From Fidelibacterota bacterium (GTDB lineage Bacteria > Fidelibacterota > SORT01), in NCBI GenBank assembly GCA_022573815.1, contig JACZTG010000001.1, positions 859 to 64,858 of the forward strand: a stretch of 64,000 nucleotides of DNA, in the 5' to 3' direction. This document shows, piece by piece, positions 17,952 through 27,184 of this stretch (positions are counted from its first letter, which is position 1; each line of letters starts with the position of its first letter). A program made the position numbers and the translations under genes. The notes under the pieces are model-generated. The model was not told where the DNA came from. It made no database searches and worked only from the letters and a program-made list of their open reading frames with translations.

Positions 17952-19531
17952 ACTTAGCATTCACAATAGATAATCGGAAGTGTATCGGCTGTCATGCTTG
18001 CACGGTAGCATGTAAGTCAGAGCATGATATTCCATTAGGAGTCAACAGAACATGGGTAAAGTATGTGGAAAAGGGCGTTTATCCCGATACCCGCAGACTT
18101 TTCTCGGTTCTTCGGTGCAACCATTGTGAAGATGCTCCTTGCATTGATATATGCCCGACCAATGCTCTGCACACTCTCGATAACGGTATTGTGGACTTTG
18201 ATACTGATCGGTGTATAGGCTGCAAATCATGCATGCAAGCGTGTCCGTATGACGCGTTATATATCAATCCGGAAACTCACGTGGCAGAAAAATGTAATTT
18301 CTGCGCCCACCGGATAGAAGCGCAAATGGCGCCGGCATGCGTGATTGTATGTCCCGTTGAGGCGATTGGATTTGGCGATATAAGTGACCCGAACGCCGAT
18401 ATTACGAAACTTATCGCAATGGAAGCTGTTACCGTGCGAAAAGCGGAAAAAGGAACAAAGCCGAAAGTGTTTTATATTAACGGTGACAGCGCTTCGCTTG
18501 ATCCCGGCTCAACTGCAAAAAAAGACGAATATATGTGGAGCGAGCAATCACGCGGTGTGGGACATTTCGCTCATTACGCCGACCAACGGAGCTCTGAAAA
18601 AGACCCTGAAGATCTGCTCGTGCAACTCGCTCTTGATAATAAGGGTAAACATGGGAAAGAGATTCAGGAGACGCTGAAATCCGGGGATGCCCGAAGAGTT
18701 TACGACAGTCCGAGCAAGGGCGTTCTCTGGGGCTGGGAAGTATCCGCTTATGTTTGGACAAAGGCTATTTCAGCGGGTCTGTTTATGGTATTGGCTTTAG
18801 GAAGCTTGTTCGGATGGTTTGAGATAAGCGCTGGATTGAGAGAAAAATCTCTCTGGTCGTCAATGCTCTTTTTGGTCATTACCGGCGGACTGTTGGTTAA
18901 GGACCTTGACCAACCGAAACGGTTTCTCTATGTCCTGCTCCGACCTCATTGGTCATCGTGGTTGGTCAAAGGAGCTTATTTCATCACGGCGTTCGGGGCA
19001 ATCTTATCTCTTTCCATATTGAATCTTTATTTCCCAACAGGAATAGACAGTCGTCTGTTTGATATTATCGGAGGCTTGATTGCCTTTATGGTAGCCATAT
19101 ACACGGCGTTACTTTTCGCTCAGGCGAAGGGAAGAGATTTTTGGCAGTCGCCGATTGCGCCGGCGCAAATGGGTGTGAATTCACTGCTTGCCGGAACTGC
19201 GCTTCTGCTGATGCTCGGCTCCGGCTTAGGCAGCGGGATAATCAATCTCGCAATAGCTCTTCTGATTACAAACCTGTTATTCACCGCACTTGAGCTGTTC
19301 ACGCCGCATATGACGGACGACGCAAAATCGGTTGCGGATATGATTCTTAAAGGGAGATACGGCAGACAATTCTGGATAACGATAATTTTTTCAAGAGTAG
19401 TACCGCTATTATTGTTTATGTTCGCGCCGCAATTATTGCCAATAGATTTAGTGGCGTTGATAGTATTAGCGGGAATATTAAGTACTGAACATATCTGGGT
19501 CAGAGCTCCGCAACTGATAACCTTGAGTTGA
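17948..19531 (+). CDS. Fused 4x[4Fe-4S] subunit + NrfD/PsrC membrane anchor
   Basis: CIGCHACTVAC, CNHCEDAPCIDICP, CIGCKSCMQACP, KCNFC...PACVIVCP, then WGWEV..Y, DLDQPKRF, SSWL and several TM helices. Confidence 0.9.
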   Translation: MNLAFTIDNRKCIGCHACTVACKSEHDIPLGVNRTWVKYVEKGVYPDTRRLFSVLRCNHCEDAPCIDICPTNALHTLDNGIVDFDTDRCIGCKSCMQACPYDALYINPETHVAEKCNFCAHRIEAQMAPACVIVCPVEAIGFGDISDPNADITKLIAMEAVTVRKAEKGTKPKVFYINGDSASLDPGSTAKKDEYMWSEQSRGVGHFAHYADQRSSEKDPEDLLVQLALDNKGKHGKEIQETLKSGDARRVYDSPSKGVLWGWEVSAYVWTKAISAGLFMVLALGSLFGWFEISAGLREKSLWSSMLFLVITGGLLVKDLDQPKRFLYVLLRPHWSSWLVKGAYFITAFGAILSLSILNLYFPTGIDSRLFDIIGGLIAFMVAIYTALLFAQAKGRDFWQSPIAPAQMGVNSLLAGTALLLMLGSGLGSGIINLAIALLITNLLFTALELFTPHMTDDAKSVADMILKGRYGRQFWITIIFSRVVPLLLFMFAPQLLPIDLVALIVLAGILSTEHIWVRAPQLITLS

Positions 19532-19535
19532 TAAA

Positions 19536-22394
19536 ATGAGTCATAATATAAAAAAATCAATGATCGAACGGGTATGCGAATCGATAGGCTTGTTAAAAAG
19601 TATCGAACAGTCCGGCGAATTAATAAATGAATTTACGGAAGCACCGGCTGATTTCTCGAATTATCCACCACCTGAGAAATGGGACGACTGGACCGAGTAC
19701 GATGCGAACTCGTGGCCGCGAAGGGTAAAGAAGAGCTACTCGATAGTTCCAACGACCTGCTTCAACTGCGAATCAGCATGCGGTATGCTGGCGTATATTG
19801 ATAAGGAAAATGGCACAATCAGGCGGTTTGAAGGTAATCCGTATCATCCGGGAAGCAGAGGAAGAAATTGCGCTAAAGGTCCCGCTACTATAAATCAGAT
19901 CAATGATCCCGAGAGGATATTATACCCGCTGAAACGTAAAGGCGAGAGAGGCAGCGGTGAATGGGAACGGGTTTCATGGGAAGACGCTCTTAACGATATA
20001 TCAGGAAAATTAAGAAAATCGTTGCAGGAAGGGCGACAAAATAATATAGCCTATCATGTAGGAAGACCGGGTCATGAAGGATACACGGAAAGGGTTCTTC
20101 AGGCGTGGGGAGTGGATGGGCATAATTCGCATACCAATATATGCTCTGCCGGAGCGCGGACAGGATATGCTCTCTGGCAAATGTTCGACAGACCCTCTCC
20201 CGACCACGCCAACGCAAAGACGATCTTACTCATCAGTTCACATTTGGAAACGGGACACTATTTCAATCCGCACGCGCAAAGGATAATTGAAGGGATGATG
20301 GACGGCGCGAAACTCATAGTTATGGATCCGCGACTTTCGAATACTGCGAGTATGGCGGATGTATGGATGCCGACTTATCCGGGTTCTGAAGCGGCTGTAC
20401 TGCTTGCAATTGCGAAAATCATTCTCGATGAAGGCAAATATGACAGACAATATATGGAAACATGGGTAAACTGGCAGGATTATATGGCGAAAGTTCATCC
20501 TTCTGATAATCCGACTTTTGATAACTTTATAGGACGACTCAAAAAAGAGTATGAAGAATTCACACCTGAATTCGCGGCGGCTGAGGCTAATATCACACCT
20601 GAGTCTATCGTACAGGCAGCTAAAATGGTGGCGGATGCGGGAAGTAAACTCTCAACGCACAACTGGCGTTCCGCGGGAAGCGGGAACCTCGGCGGATGGC
20701 AGGTAGCGCGTTGTCTCCACTTTCTGAATGTATTGACAGGCAGCGTTGGAACTGTAGGCGGCACATCTCCCAGCGGTTGGAATAAATTCAAGCCTAAATT
20801 CTTCGATGTTCCTCCGGCACAGAAATTCTGGAATGAACTGCACTATCCCGCTGAATATCCGATAGCGCACCATGAAATGAGTTTTCTTCTCCCGCATTTT
20901 CTAAAGGAGGGAAGAGGGGAATTAGACGTTTACTTCACCCGGGTTTTTAATCCTGTCTGGACTTATCCGGACGGATTCACATGGATAGAAGCGTTGAAGG
21001 ATGAATCAAAAATAAAATTACACGTTGCGATGACTCCCACATGGAACGAAACGGCTTATTGGGCGGATTATGTGCTTCCCATGGGGCATGCAGGCGAGCG
21101 GCACGACCTTAATTCCTACGAAACACATTCAGGAATGTGGATAGCGTTCCGTCAGCCGGTGCTACGGGAGTTTGCCCGCAGAGAAGGAAAAGAGGTTGAG
21201 TTTACTTATGAAGTGAACCCCGGTGAGGTATGGGAAGAAGATGAGTTTTGGATAGAGCTTTCGTGGAAGATAGACCCGGATGAATCGCTCGGCATAAGAA
21301 AACATTTCAAGTCTCCTTATCGTGATGGCGAAAAAATCAGTGTGGACGAATATTATCAATATATCTTTGAAAATATTCCGGGCTTGAAGGATAAAGCCGC
21401 TGAGGAAGATTTGGCTCCGCTTGACTATATGAGAAAATACGGCGCATTTGAAATTGAAGAAACTTCATACGAAAAAAACCGAAACCCGCTGGATGAATCA
21501 CAAATGGAAGGCACGGAACTGAACAGCGCCGGTCAGATCGTTAAAGACGGTAAAATTATCGGGGTTCAGGATGGCGAAGTAGCTGTCACCGGGTTTCCGA
21601 CACCATCGAAAAAACAGGAATTCTACTCCAACACAATGGCTGAATGGAAATGGGAAGAATTTACCATCCCTAAATATATCAAGAGTCACATTCACCCCGA
21701 GAATCTTGATAAATCGAAAAACGAATACGTCCTTGTGCCCACTTTCAGACTACCTACCTTGATTCACAGCCGGTCGGGAAACGCTAAATGGCTCGTTGAG
21801 ATTGCGCACCGAAATCCAATATGGATCCATCCTTCCACAGCTGAAAAAGTAGGTATAAAAAACAGCAGCGATCTACTGAAGATTGAAACAGAAATCGGCT
21901 ATTTCATAGACAAGGTATGGATAACGGAGGGGATGAAGCCCGATGTTATCGCCTGTTCCCATCATATCGGCAGATGGCGTCGCCGGCAGGATATGAAAGG
22001 AAACAGTTGGGCAATGAATACGGTTTCTATCGAAGAGGTAGAGCCGGGTAAGTATAAAATGTCGGTTTTGGATTCTGTTAAGCCATTTGACAGCAGCGAC
22101 AGCGACTCGAAACGTATCTGGTGGCGTGACGGCGGAGTGCATCAAAATATTACATTCCCTGTCCATCCCGATCCTATATCGGGTATGCATTGCTGGCATC
22201 AGAAAGTATCCATCAGCGTTCCGAAGGATGGGGAGAAATACGGCGATATATTCGTGGACACGAATAAGTCCCATGAGGTTTATAAAGAGTGGCTGAAGTT
22301 GACCCGTCCCGGCCCCGGCCCTGACGGCTTGAGACGTCCTCTCTGGTTTGCCCGGACTCTGAGACCGGCGGAAGAAACTTTCTACGTTAAATAA
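19536..22394 (+). CDS. Mo-bisPGD (DMSO reductase family) catalytic subunit without Tat signal
   Basis: TTCFNCESACG...CAKG FS0 motif, SHTNICS probable Cys ligand, DPR, WADYVLP, HSRSGN; no RRxF motif at the N-terminus. Confidence 0.9.
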   Translation: MSHNIKKSMIERVCESIGLLKSIEQSGELINEFTEAPADFSNYPPPEKWDDWTEYDANSWPRRVKKSYSIVPTTCFNCESACGMLAYIDKENGTIRRFEGNPYHPGSRGRNCAKGPATINQINDPERILYPLKRKGERGSGEWERVSWEDALNDISGKLRKSLQEGRQNNIAYHVGRPGHEGYTERVLQAWGVDGHNSHTNICSAGARTGYALWQMFDRPSPDHANAKTILLISSHLETGHYFNPHAQRIIEGMMDGAKLIVMDPRLSNTASMADVWMPTYPGSEAAVLLAIAKIILDEGKYDRQYMETWVNWQDYMAKVHPSDNPTFDNFIGRLKKEYEEFTPEFAAAEANITPESIVQAAKMVADAGSKLSTHNWRSAGSGNLGGWQVARCLHFLNVLTGSVGTVGGTSPSGWNKFKPKFFDVPPAQKFWNELHYPAEYPIAHHEMSFLLPHFLKEGRGELDVYFTRVFNPVWTYPDGFTWIEALKDESKIKLHVAMTPTWNETAYWADYVLPMGHAGERHDLNSYETHSGMWIAFRQPVLREFARREGKEVEFTYEVNPGEVWEEDEFWIELSWKIDPDESLGIRKHFKSPYRDGEKISVDEYYQYIFENIPGLKDKAAEEDLAPLDYMRKYGAFEIEETSYEKNRNPLDESQMEGTELNSAGQIVKDGKIIGVQDGEVAVTGFPTPSKKQEFYSNTMAEWKWEEFTIPKYIKSHIHPENLDKSKNEYVLVPTFRLPTLIHSRSGNAKWLVEIAHRNPIWIHPSTAEKVGIKNSSDLLKIETEIGYFIDKVWITEGMKPDVIACSHHIGRWRRRQDMKGNSWAMNTVSIEEVEPGKYKMSVLDSVKPFDSSDSDSKRIWWRDGGVHQNITFPVHPDPISGMHCWHQKVSISVPKDGEKYGDIFVDTNKSHEVYKEWLKLTRPGPGPDGLRRPLWFARTLRPAEETFYVK

Positions 22395-22402
22395 TTATCT
22401 GG

Positions 22403-22450
22403 TTTGTGCGGGTTAGGGCCGCCGCTTGAAGCGGGATTTACTTGCCCTGA
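22403..22450. repeat. REP-like palindromic repeat, copy 1 (with 22-bp insert)
   Basis: Reverse complement of the copy at 25985-26039. Confidence 0.8.
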
Positions 22451-22461
22451 ATGCACATAAG

Positions 22462-22498
22462 AAAAAATCCCGTGCGACTGTTCTGCACGGGATTTTTT
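22462..22498. terminator. Bidirectional intrinsic terminator
   Basis: AAAAAATCCCGTGC-gactgttct-GCACGGGATTTTTT between convergent genes. Confidence 0.88.
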
Positions 22499-22527
22499 AA
22501 GAAATGAAACTTTCTAAATCAGTTCAT

Positions 22528-23823
22528 TTAGAATGAGTATCCAACTTCAACCTCCCATTGATCCATCTCAAGGGTAATAGTCTGCTGAGAAGGAGCTTCT
22601 AATGGATTAGGACCTGAAATCGAATTTGACAATGCACGAGTAACTGCCAAGCTGACAGCATGACCGTTATTCATTGTTTTGGTAGCGCCGACGGAGATAT
22701 GAGTTTCCACCACTGCCGGAGCGAGTATATTAAACATTAAAGCAGTACTTGTGTCGCCGTCAGGTATGGGCTGACCACCGAATGAAAAACCGCCTCTAAG
22801 TGTGAGGCTTTCGTCCATAACGTATTGAATGCCTATTTTGATGATGGTCATATCTTCCCATCCGAATCCGGCGCCGTTATCTGCACCAAGAGGGTTTGTC
22901 GGCGCTCCGGTCGCAGGATCGAATTGAAGAAACGGGTTGCTGATTGATGCAACACCGCTGTATAAAATCTGCTGAACATCCGCCACAAGAGTAATATCAT
23001 CATTGGGACTCAGAGCAACGCCCGCTGTCCATGTGGCTGGAACGTCAAAATCACCCTGTTCGGCAAATAATCCGGCGTACTCGTCAAATTCACTCATCGC
23101 TGTTTTTAATTGGTATGAAGCCCCAACAGACAGCATTTCAGAAAGCTCGCCGAGATAACCGACTTTTAGACCGAACCCGATTGAAGTAGAATAATCATTG
23201 TCCGTTATATTAGCGCCATCGGAGGAAAATGGTGCGAATGCTCCCAAACCTTCCGCTCTGAAACGCTGAAATGCCAAAATCACGCCTGCTCCAACAGAAT
23301 GTTGTGAAGTAAGCTTGATAGCATACGTAGGTTGGATGAAGAGCTGCGCAAAATCAAGACCCGTTGGATTAAAACCGAAAACCGGTGATTCGTAATCAGA
23401 ATTCATACCGCCGTTGCCGTAAATAGAAACACCATATGAACTTGTCTCATTCAGCATCCTGTTAAATCCTAATGAAGGGATGATAAAAGTAGTGGAACTG
23501 CTTTCAACGGTGCCCGGCGCTAAACCGAAAGTACCCGGAAATCCTGACGGATTACCGTCAACAGTGAAATTTCTATTCGGGTTGAAGTAGGCGACGCTGA
23601 GGTCGTAGCGATTTCCAAGCCCTACCATAGATGCCGGATTAGTGGCGGCGGCTAAAGTGCTCAAAGAAAGAGCAACTCCTGCTCCGGCTAAACCTTTATA
23701 AGCGGTGCCGTATCCGCTGGAAAAATATCCGTTTGTTGCATTGGCAACCGGTGCCGTTATTAGAACTGCAACCAGAATAATTGCAGTTAGAGTTGTGAAA
23801 TTACGCATCTTTGATGTGATCAT
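22528..23823 (-). CDS. FadL/TodX-family outer membrane channel
   Basis: Signal peptide, ATNGYF..GYG...GLAGAGVA, NPASM, GFGWED, C-terminal aromatic (GYSF). Confidence 0.85.
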   Translation of the reverse strand: MITSKMRNFTTLTAIILVAVLITAPVANATNGYFSSGYGTAYKGLAGAGVALSLSTLAAATNPASMVGLGNRYDLSVAYFNPNRNFTVDGNPSGFPGTFGLAPGTVESSSTTFIIPSLGFNRMLNETSSYGVSIYGNGGMNSDYESPVFGFNPTGLDFAQLFIQPTYAIKLTSQHSVGAGVILAFQRFRAEGLGAFAPFSSDGANITDNDYSTSIGFGLKVGYLGELSEMLSVGASYQLKTAMSEFDEYAGLFAEQGDFDVPATWTAGVALSPNDDITLVADVQQILYSGVASISNPFLQFDPATGAPTNPLGADNGAGFGWEDMTIIKIGIQYVMDESLTLRGGFSFGGQPIPDGDTSTALMFNILAPAVVETHISVGATKTMNNGHAVSLAVTRALSNSISGPNPLEAPSQQTITLEMDQWEVEVGYSF

Positions 23824-24084
23824 TTCATCTTCTCCTTATTTTGTTCATCATTGTTCGGTTAGTATCAGAGTAACTGTTTATTATTGAGATTAAAAGGGTG
23901 AAAAATGGAGCAGTGGGGGGCTGAACTTGGGATATTTCTTCGAAAATCGTCTGACGTTCTGAAATCAGCAATTTCCGTACAAAGATAGAATAATTAAATT
24001 AATTTGGTTGTTACCCTCCAAGCATCTCCGTCTAATGCTATTCACATATATATAATACATATTATATTAGAAAAGTGATATATA

Positions 24085-24113
24085 AAGATAACCTTATAGC
24101 TGTTATTTGACAA
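24085..24113 (-). promoter_or_regulatory. Putative sigma70 promoter for the FadL-like gene
   Basis: TTGTCA-17 nt-TATCTT on the minus strand; AT-rich context. Confidence 0.4.
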
Positions 24114-24264
24114 GGAAAATATCAGTGTTTTTAAGAAAATATTATGTTGATATTAAATGGTTAAAGTAACGCGCAGTGTCTATGAATTAATTTTCTTGGA
24201 TTATTAATCCAAAAATAGTAATATGAATTAGAATCTTGAATCAATTCCAACCGGGGGGGATAAG

Positions 24265-25131
24265 ATGAAAATCCTGCAAAGGTTATCGTTAGTGAGTATT
24301 CTTTTATTATTTGTTGTCTTAACAGCCTGTTCAGATGAATCCAAAAATGTTGCTACATCCGCAGATGGTGTACCCATAAGCTTTAGTGTATATGGTGAAG
24401 GGACACCGGCAATCGTTTTAATTCACGGCTGGTGCTGGGGTCAGAATAACTGGATTGGGCAAATCCGGGAATTGTCACGGCAGAATAAAATTATTACAAT
24501 TGATCTTGCGGGTTTCGGAGGATCCGGTCATGGTCGTACCGATTGGACTATGAAAGCTTTTGGAGAGGATGTGGTTTCGGTTGTTGAGAAACTCGGTCTC
24601 GAGCAGGTAGTGCTTGTAGGATTCTCAATGGGTGACAAAGTTATAGTCGAAGCTGCGCGGATTATGCCGGAACGTATTATTGGTTTGGTAGGGGTTGACA
24701 ATTTCCATAATGTGGAATCGAAACTTACAGATGAACAGATTGCTGGATTCATGGCCCCGTTTCGTGCTGATTTTGCCGGAGCTTTAAATGCAATGTTACT
24801 TTCCATGGTCCTCCCAAATGCTGATTCTACTAAGGTTCTGGAAAAAGTGAGAGCTGATTATGGTGGATGCGCCGCTCCACCTGATATTGCAATAGCTGTA
24901 CTGGAAAATTATATAAAACACGATATGACAGAGTCACTCAGGGAGATAAAAGCTCCTATTCACTGCATAAACTCTGATTTTGTTCCCACAGATATTGAAG
25001 CCGCTCAACGCTATGTTTCCTCCTTCAAGGTCGAAATAATGTCGGGAGTGGGTCATTTACTTCTCTGGGAAGATACTGCTACGTTTAATCGATTACTCGG
25101 TGAAATTGTTAAGACATTTGAAGCGTCTTAA
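24265..25131 (+). CDS. Alpha/beta hydrolase, lipoprotein
   Basis: Lipobox LTAC, LIHGW, DLAGFGGS, nucleophile elbow GFSMG, GVGH. Confidence 0.88.
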   Translation: MKILQRLSLVSILLLFVVLTACSDESKNVATSADGVPISFSVYGEGTPAIVLIHGWCWGQNNWIGQIRELSRQNKIITIDLAGFGGSGHGRTDWTMKAFGEDVVSVVEKLGLEQVVLVGFSMGDKVIVEAARIMPERIIGLVGVDNFHNVESKLTDEQIAGFMAPFRADFAGALNAMLLSMVLPNADSTKVLEKVRADYGGCAAPPDIAIAVLENYIKHDMTESLREIKAPIHCINSDFVPTDIEAAQRYVSSFKVEIMSGVGHLLLWEDTATFNRLLGEIVKTFEAS

Positions 25132-25216
25132 TGCCGGCGCTTTACGGCTGATATGTATTCTATAACCTGTTGATCAGAATTCTATAGATATATAACAATT
25201 CTTATGAATATTTGGT

Positions 25217-25261
25217 GTGGCGAAAACGAACCGGCCAAAGCGTCACAAAACAATATCAAAT
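25217..25261 (+). repeat. 45-bp dispersed direct repeat, copy 1
   Basis: gtggcgaaaacgaaccggccaaagcgtcacaaaacaatatcaaat. Confidence 0.85.
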
Positions 25262-25293
25262 ATCTCGGTAAAAATTTATCAGAAACAAAAATA

Positions 25294-25376
25294 TAAAAGA
25301 GGGCAAGAATGATTTCCTTCCGCGTAGGAGGTTTCCAATGGGACTTGGCAAACCTTAGCGATCTTACCCTCTTTTA
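25294..25376. terminator. Structured element or terminator downstream of the pilin-like gene
   Basis: Outer stem TAAAAGAGGGcAAGA / TCTTaCCCTCTTTTA enclosing two small hairpins. Confidence 0.55.
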
Positions 25377-25418
25377 ATTCAGATTTCTTATAACAAGAAA
25401 ATCTTTACAAAATGTAAA

Positions 25419-25805
25419 TTACGGTAATGTGATCGTCGGTGTGCCCGAAACTCCCTGCTGAGTAATAGTGGCGACGATAATAACGCCTTCGTTAGAGCCT
25501 GTAGCTGTAAGGACGAACGATGTGGCCGTAACAGACGACATAAGGAAATTGCCGTTGGCGTTTGATGAATCAGCGCCAAAAGTTATTACATCGGTTGTTC
25601 CAACAAAGCTTCTCGCTCCACCGCCTAATGCCGCCGGTTTGCGCCAATAAGAAGCTGCTGACGATGCGACGTTATTCACATCCTGTAAAAGCGCGTCTCG
25701 CTCTGCGTTAACGGCGCCTGTCGTGAACATATTGATACCCACAACAACCGCAACACCAACGATAATGGTGCCGAGTACGATTAGTAGTAATTGCTGCTGT
25801 CCCAT
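25419..25805 (-). CDS. Type IV pilin-like protein (FCB 'MGQQQLLLIVLG' family)
   Basis: MG|QQQLLLIVLGTIIVGVAVVVG class III-like N-terminus, P..LGGG..SF motif; SD AAGGAG; promoter TTGCTT-17-TATCAT at 25895-25867. Confidence 0.75.
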   Translation of the reverse strand: MGQQQLLLIVLGTIIVGVAVVVGINMFTTGAVNAERDALLQDVNNVASSAASYWRKPAALGGGARSFVGTTDVITFGADSSNANGNFLMSSVTATSFVLTATGSNEGVIIVATITQQGVSGTPTITLP

Positions 25806-25906
25806 TAATCTATCTCCTTTTTCAGGTTAGATGTTCCATAATACTGCTTAACTATTCCTTTAATATATGATAGTTTTCAAGAACCAAAAAAGCAAGAAAA
25901 TTCAGT

Positions 25907-25951
25907 GTGGCGAAAAAGAGCCAACCTGAAAGTCACGAAACAACACTAACC
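25907..25951 (+). repeat. 45-bp dispersed direct repeat, copy 2
   Basis: gtggcgaaaaagagccaacctgaaagtcacgaaacaacactaacc. Confidence 0.85.
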
Positions 25952-25984
25952 TACAAATAGAAAAATCCCTAAAATTATTGGGTG

Positions 25985-26039
25985 GCGGTTAGGGCAAGTA
26001 AATCCCGCTTCAAGCGGCGGCCCTAACCCGCACAAAAAA
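25985..26039. repeat. REP-like palindromic repeat, copy 2 (with 22-bp insert)
   Basis: gcggttagggcaa-gtaaatcccgcttcaagcggcg-gccctaacccgcac. Confidence 0.8.
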
Positions 26040-26106
26040 GTGCTGAATTCGTAACTGAAATCAAGGATTTTGGTTCTATTACTTTTGTAGCGGGGGAATG
26101 TTGAAC
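26031..26106 (-). repeat. Degenerate duplicate of the tRNA-fMet 3' end and its terminator (att-like scar)
   Basis: ctattacttttgtagcggggg..ttgaac matches ctattactttcgtagcggggat..ttgaac at 27866-27898; decayed terminator alongside. Confidence 0.75.
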
Positions 26107-26231
26107 TACAATGATTCTTTTATATCAGTTGGAATTCCAAGCACACATTTAATTCTTCAAGTCATTTCTCGGCTTGATAGGCAAGCAATTTGTAGGTAAA
26201 TTTCACGTACCGATCATACAAGGAGCATAGT

Positions 26232-26435
26232 ATGTTAGTGCGTGATCTAATGAATCAACACCCCGACGGAGCTTGGGAGGCAAAGCAAATCATCGTTATT
26301 AACCATCCGAGCGGAGAGAAGATTACTCTGCGCCCCGGAATTAAAATGAATCCAGGATTTATGGCAATGGGATTTGATATAATTAAACTTCTTGATATTG
26401 AACTCGATGAAAAGGATTCTCAAAACCCAAAATAA
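26232..26435 (+). CDS. Small hypothetical protein (67 aa)
   Basis: SD AAGGAG and promoter TTGATA-17-TAAATT (26174-26202) support a real gene. Confidence 0.65.
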   Translation: MLVRDLMNQHPDGAWEAKQIIVINHPSGEKITLRPGIKMNPGFMAMGFDIIKLLDIELDEKDSQNPK

Positions 26436-26494
26436 TTTAATGATATTTAAAGAAATAGCTACACTACTGTCAAGTCAGGATTTATATATTCGGA

Positions 26495-26539
26495 GTGGCG
26501 AAAATGAGCCGACCAAAACGTCACATAACAACATCAAAC
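26495..26539 (+). repeat. 45-bp dispersed direct repeat, copy 3
   Basis: gtggcgaaaatgagccgaccaaaacgtcacataacaacatcaaac. Confidence 0.85.
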
Positions 26540-26726
26540 AACACTTAATTGCTTAATACAATAATTGGGATACCCACGGTTTTAAAGGGCTACTTTTTGC
26601 TCTATTATTGATTTTTGTCACATCTATTAGGTATAGCTGAAATATACTTGTGATAAAAATAGAATTAGAGTAGATTTAACGATACTCAATAACAATTAAT
26701 TAATAACTTCAAAGGGAAATGTCGAT

Positions 26727-27140
26727 ATGCGAAATATCATAATATTGAAATTCTCACTTTTACTTCTATTACTTGGAACGCTCGGTTGTGCGCACATGAA
26801 TTTTGATTCCGGGAACTCAGAATCAAGCATCTTGATGGGAAGAGGAGGTGAAAGTGTCGAATATACCCGAATGGGAGAATTCAACGTAGTTAAAGTGGGG
26901 GGATGGCTATTCTGGGGTATAACCAAAACAAGTCATCCGAATATTGGAGCGCTGATTGATAAAGAGGTATCAACATTGAGTGGTAATGGCGTCATAAACC
27001 TGGAGATTAAATCGACGAGAACATTTCTCGATGGATTTTTAGGAGTGATTACTCTCGGCATTTATACGAGAAGAACAGTACTGATTAGCGGCACTGTCGT
27101 GAAATTTACAAGTAGTGTGGGCTCTGTCCTTGGTGATTGA
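26727..27140 (+). CDS. Bor/TRL-like lipoprotein
   Basis: Lipobox TLGC; WLFWGI, GNGVINLEI, DGFLGVITLGIYTRRTV. Confidence 0.7.
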   Translation: MRNIIILKFSLLLLLLGTLGCAHMNFDSGNSESSILMGRGGESVEYTRMGEFNVVKVGGWLFWGITKTSHPNIGALIDKEVSTLSGNGVINLEIKSTRTFLDGFLGVITLGIYTRRTVLISGTVVKFTSSVGSVLGD

Positions 27141-27184
27141 TCGTTTGATATCCAATCAAAACTTCAATATGGAGATTTAATCTC

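Noticed and set aside
19536-22394. Selenocysteine-containing formate dehydrogenase
   Set aside because: The ORF is uninterrupted and lacks the FDH (C/U)H active-site motif; it reads NICS.
26075-26106. Second tRNA gene
   Set aside because: Only a degenerate acceptor/T-arm fragment; no anticodon or D arm.
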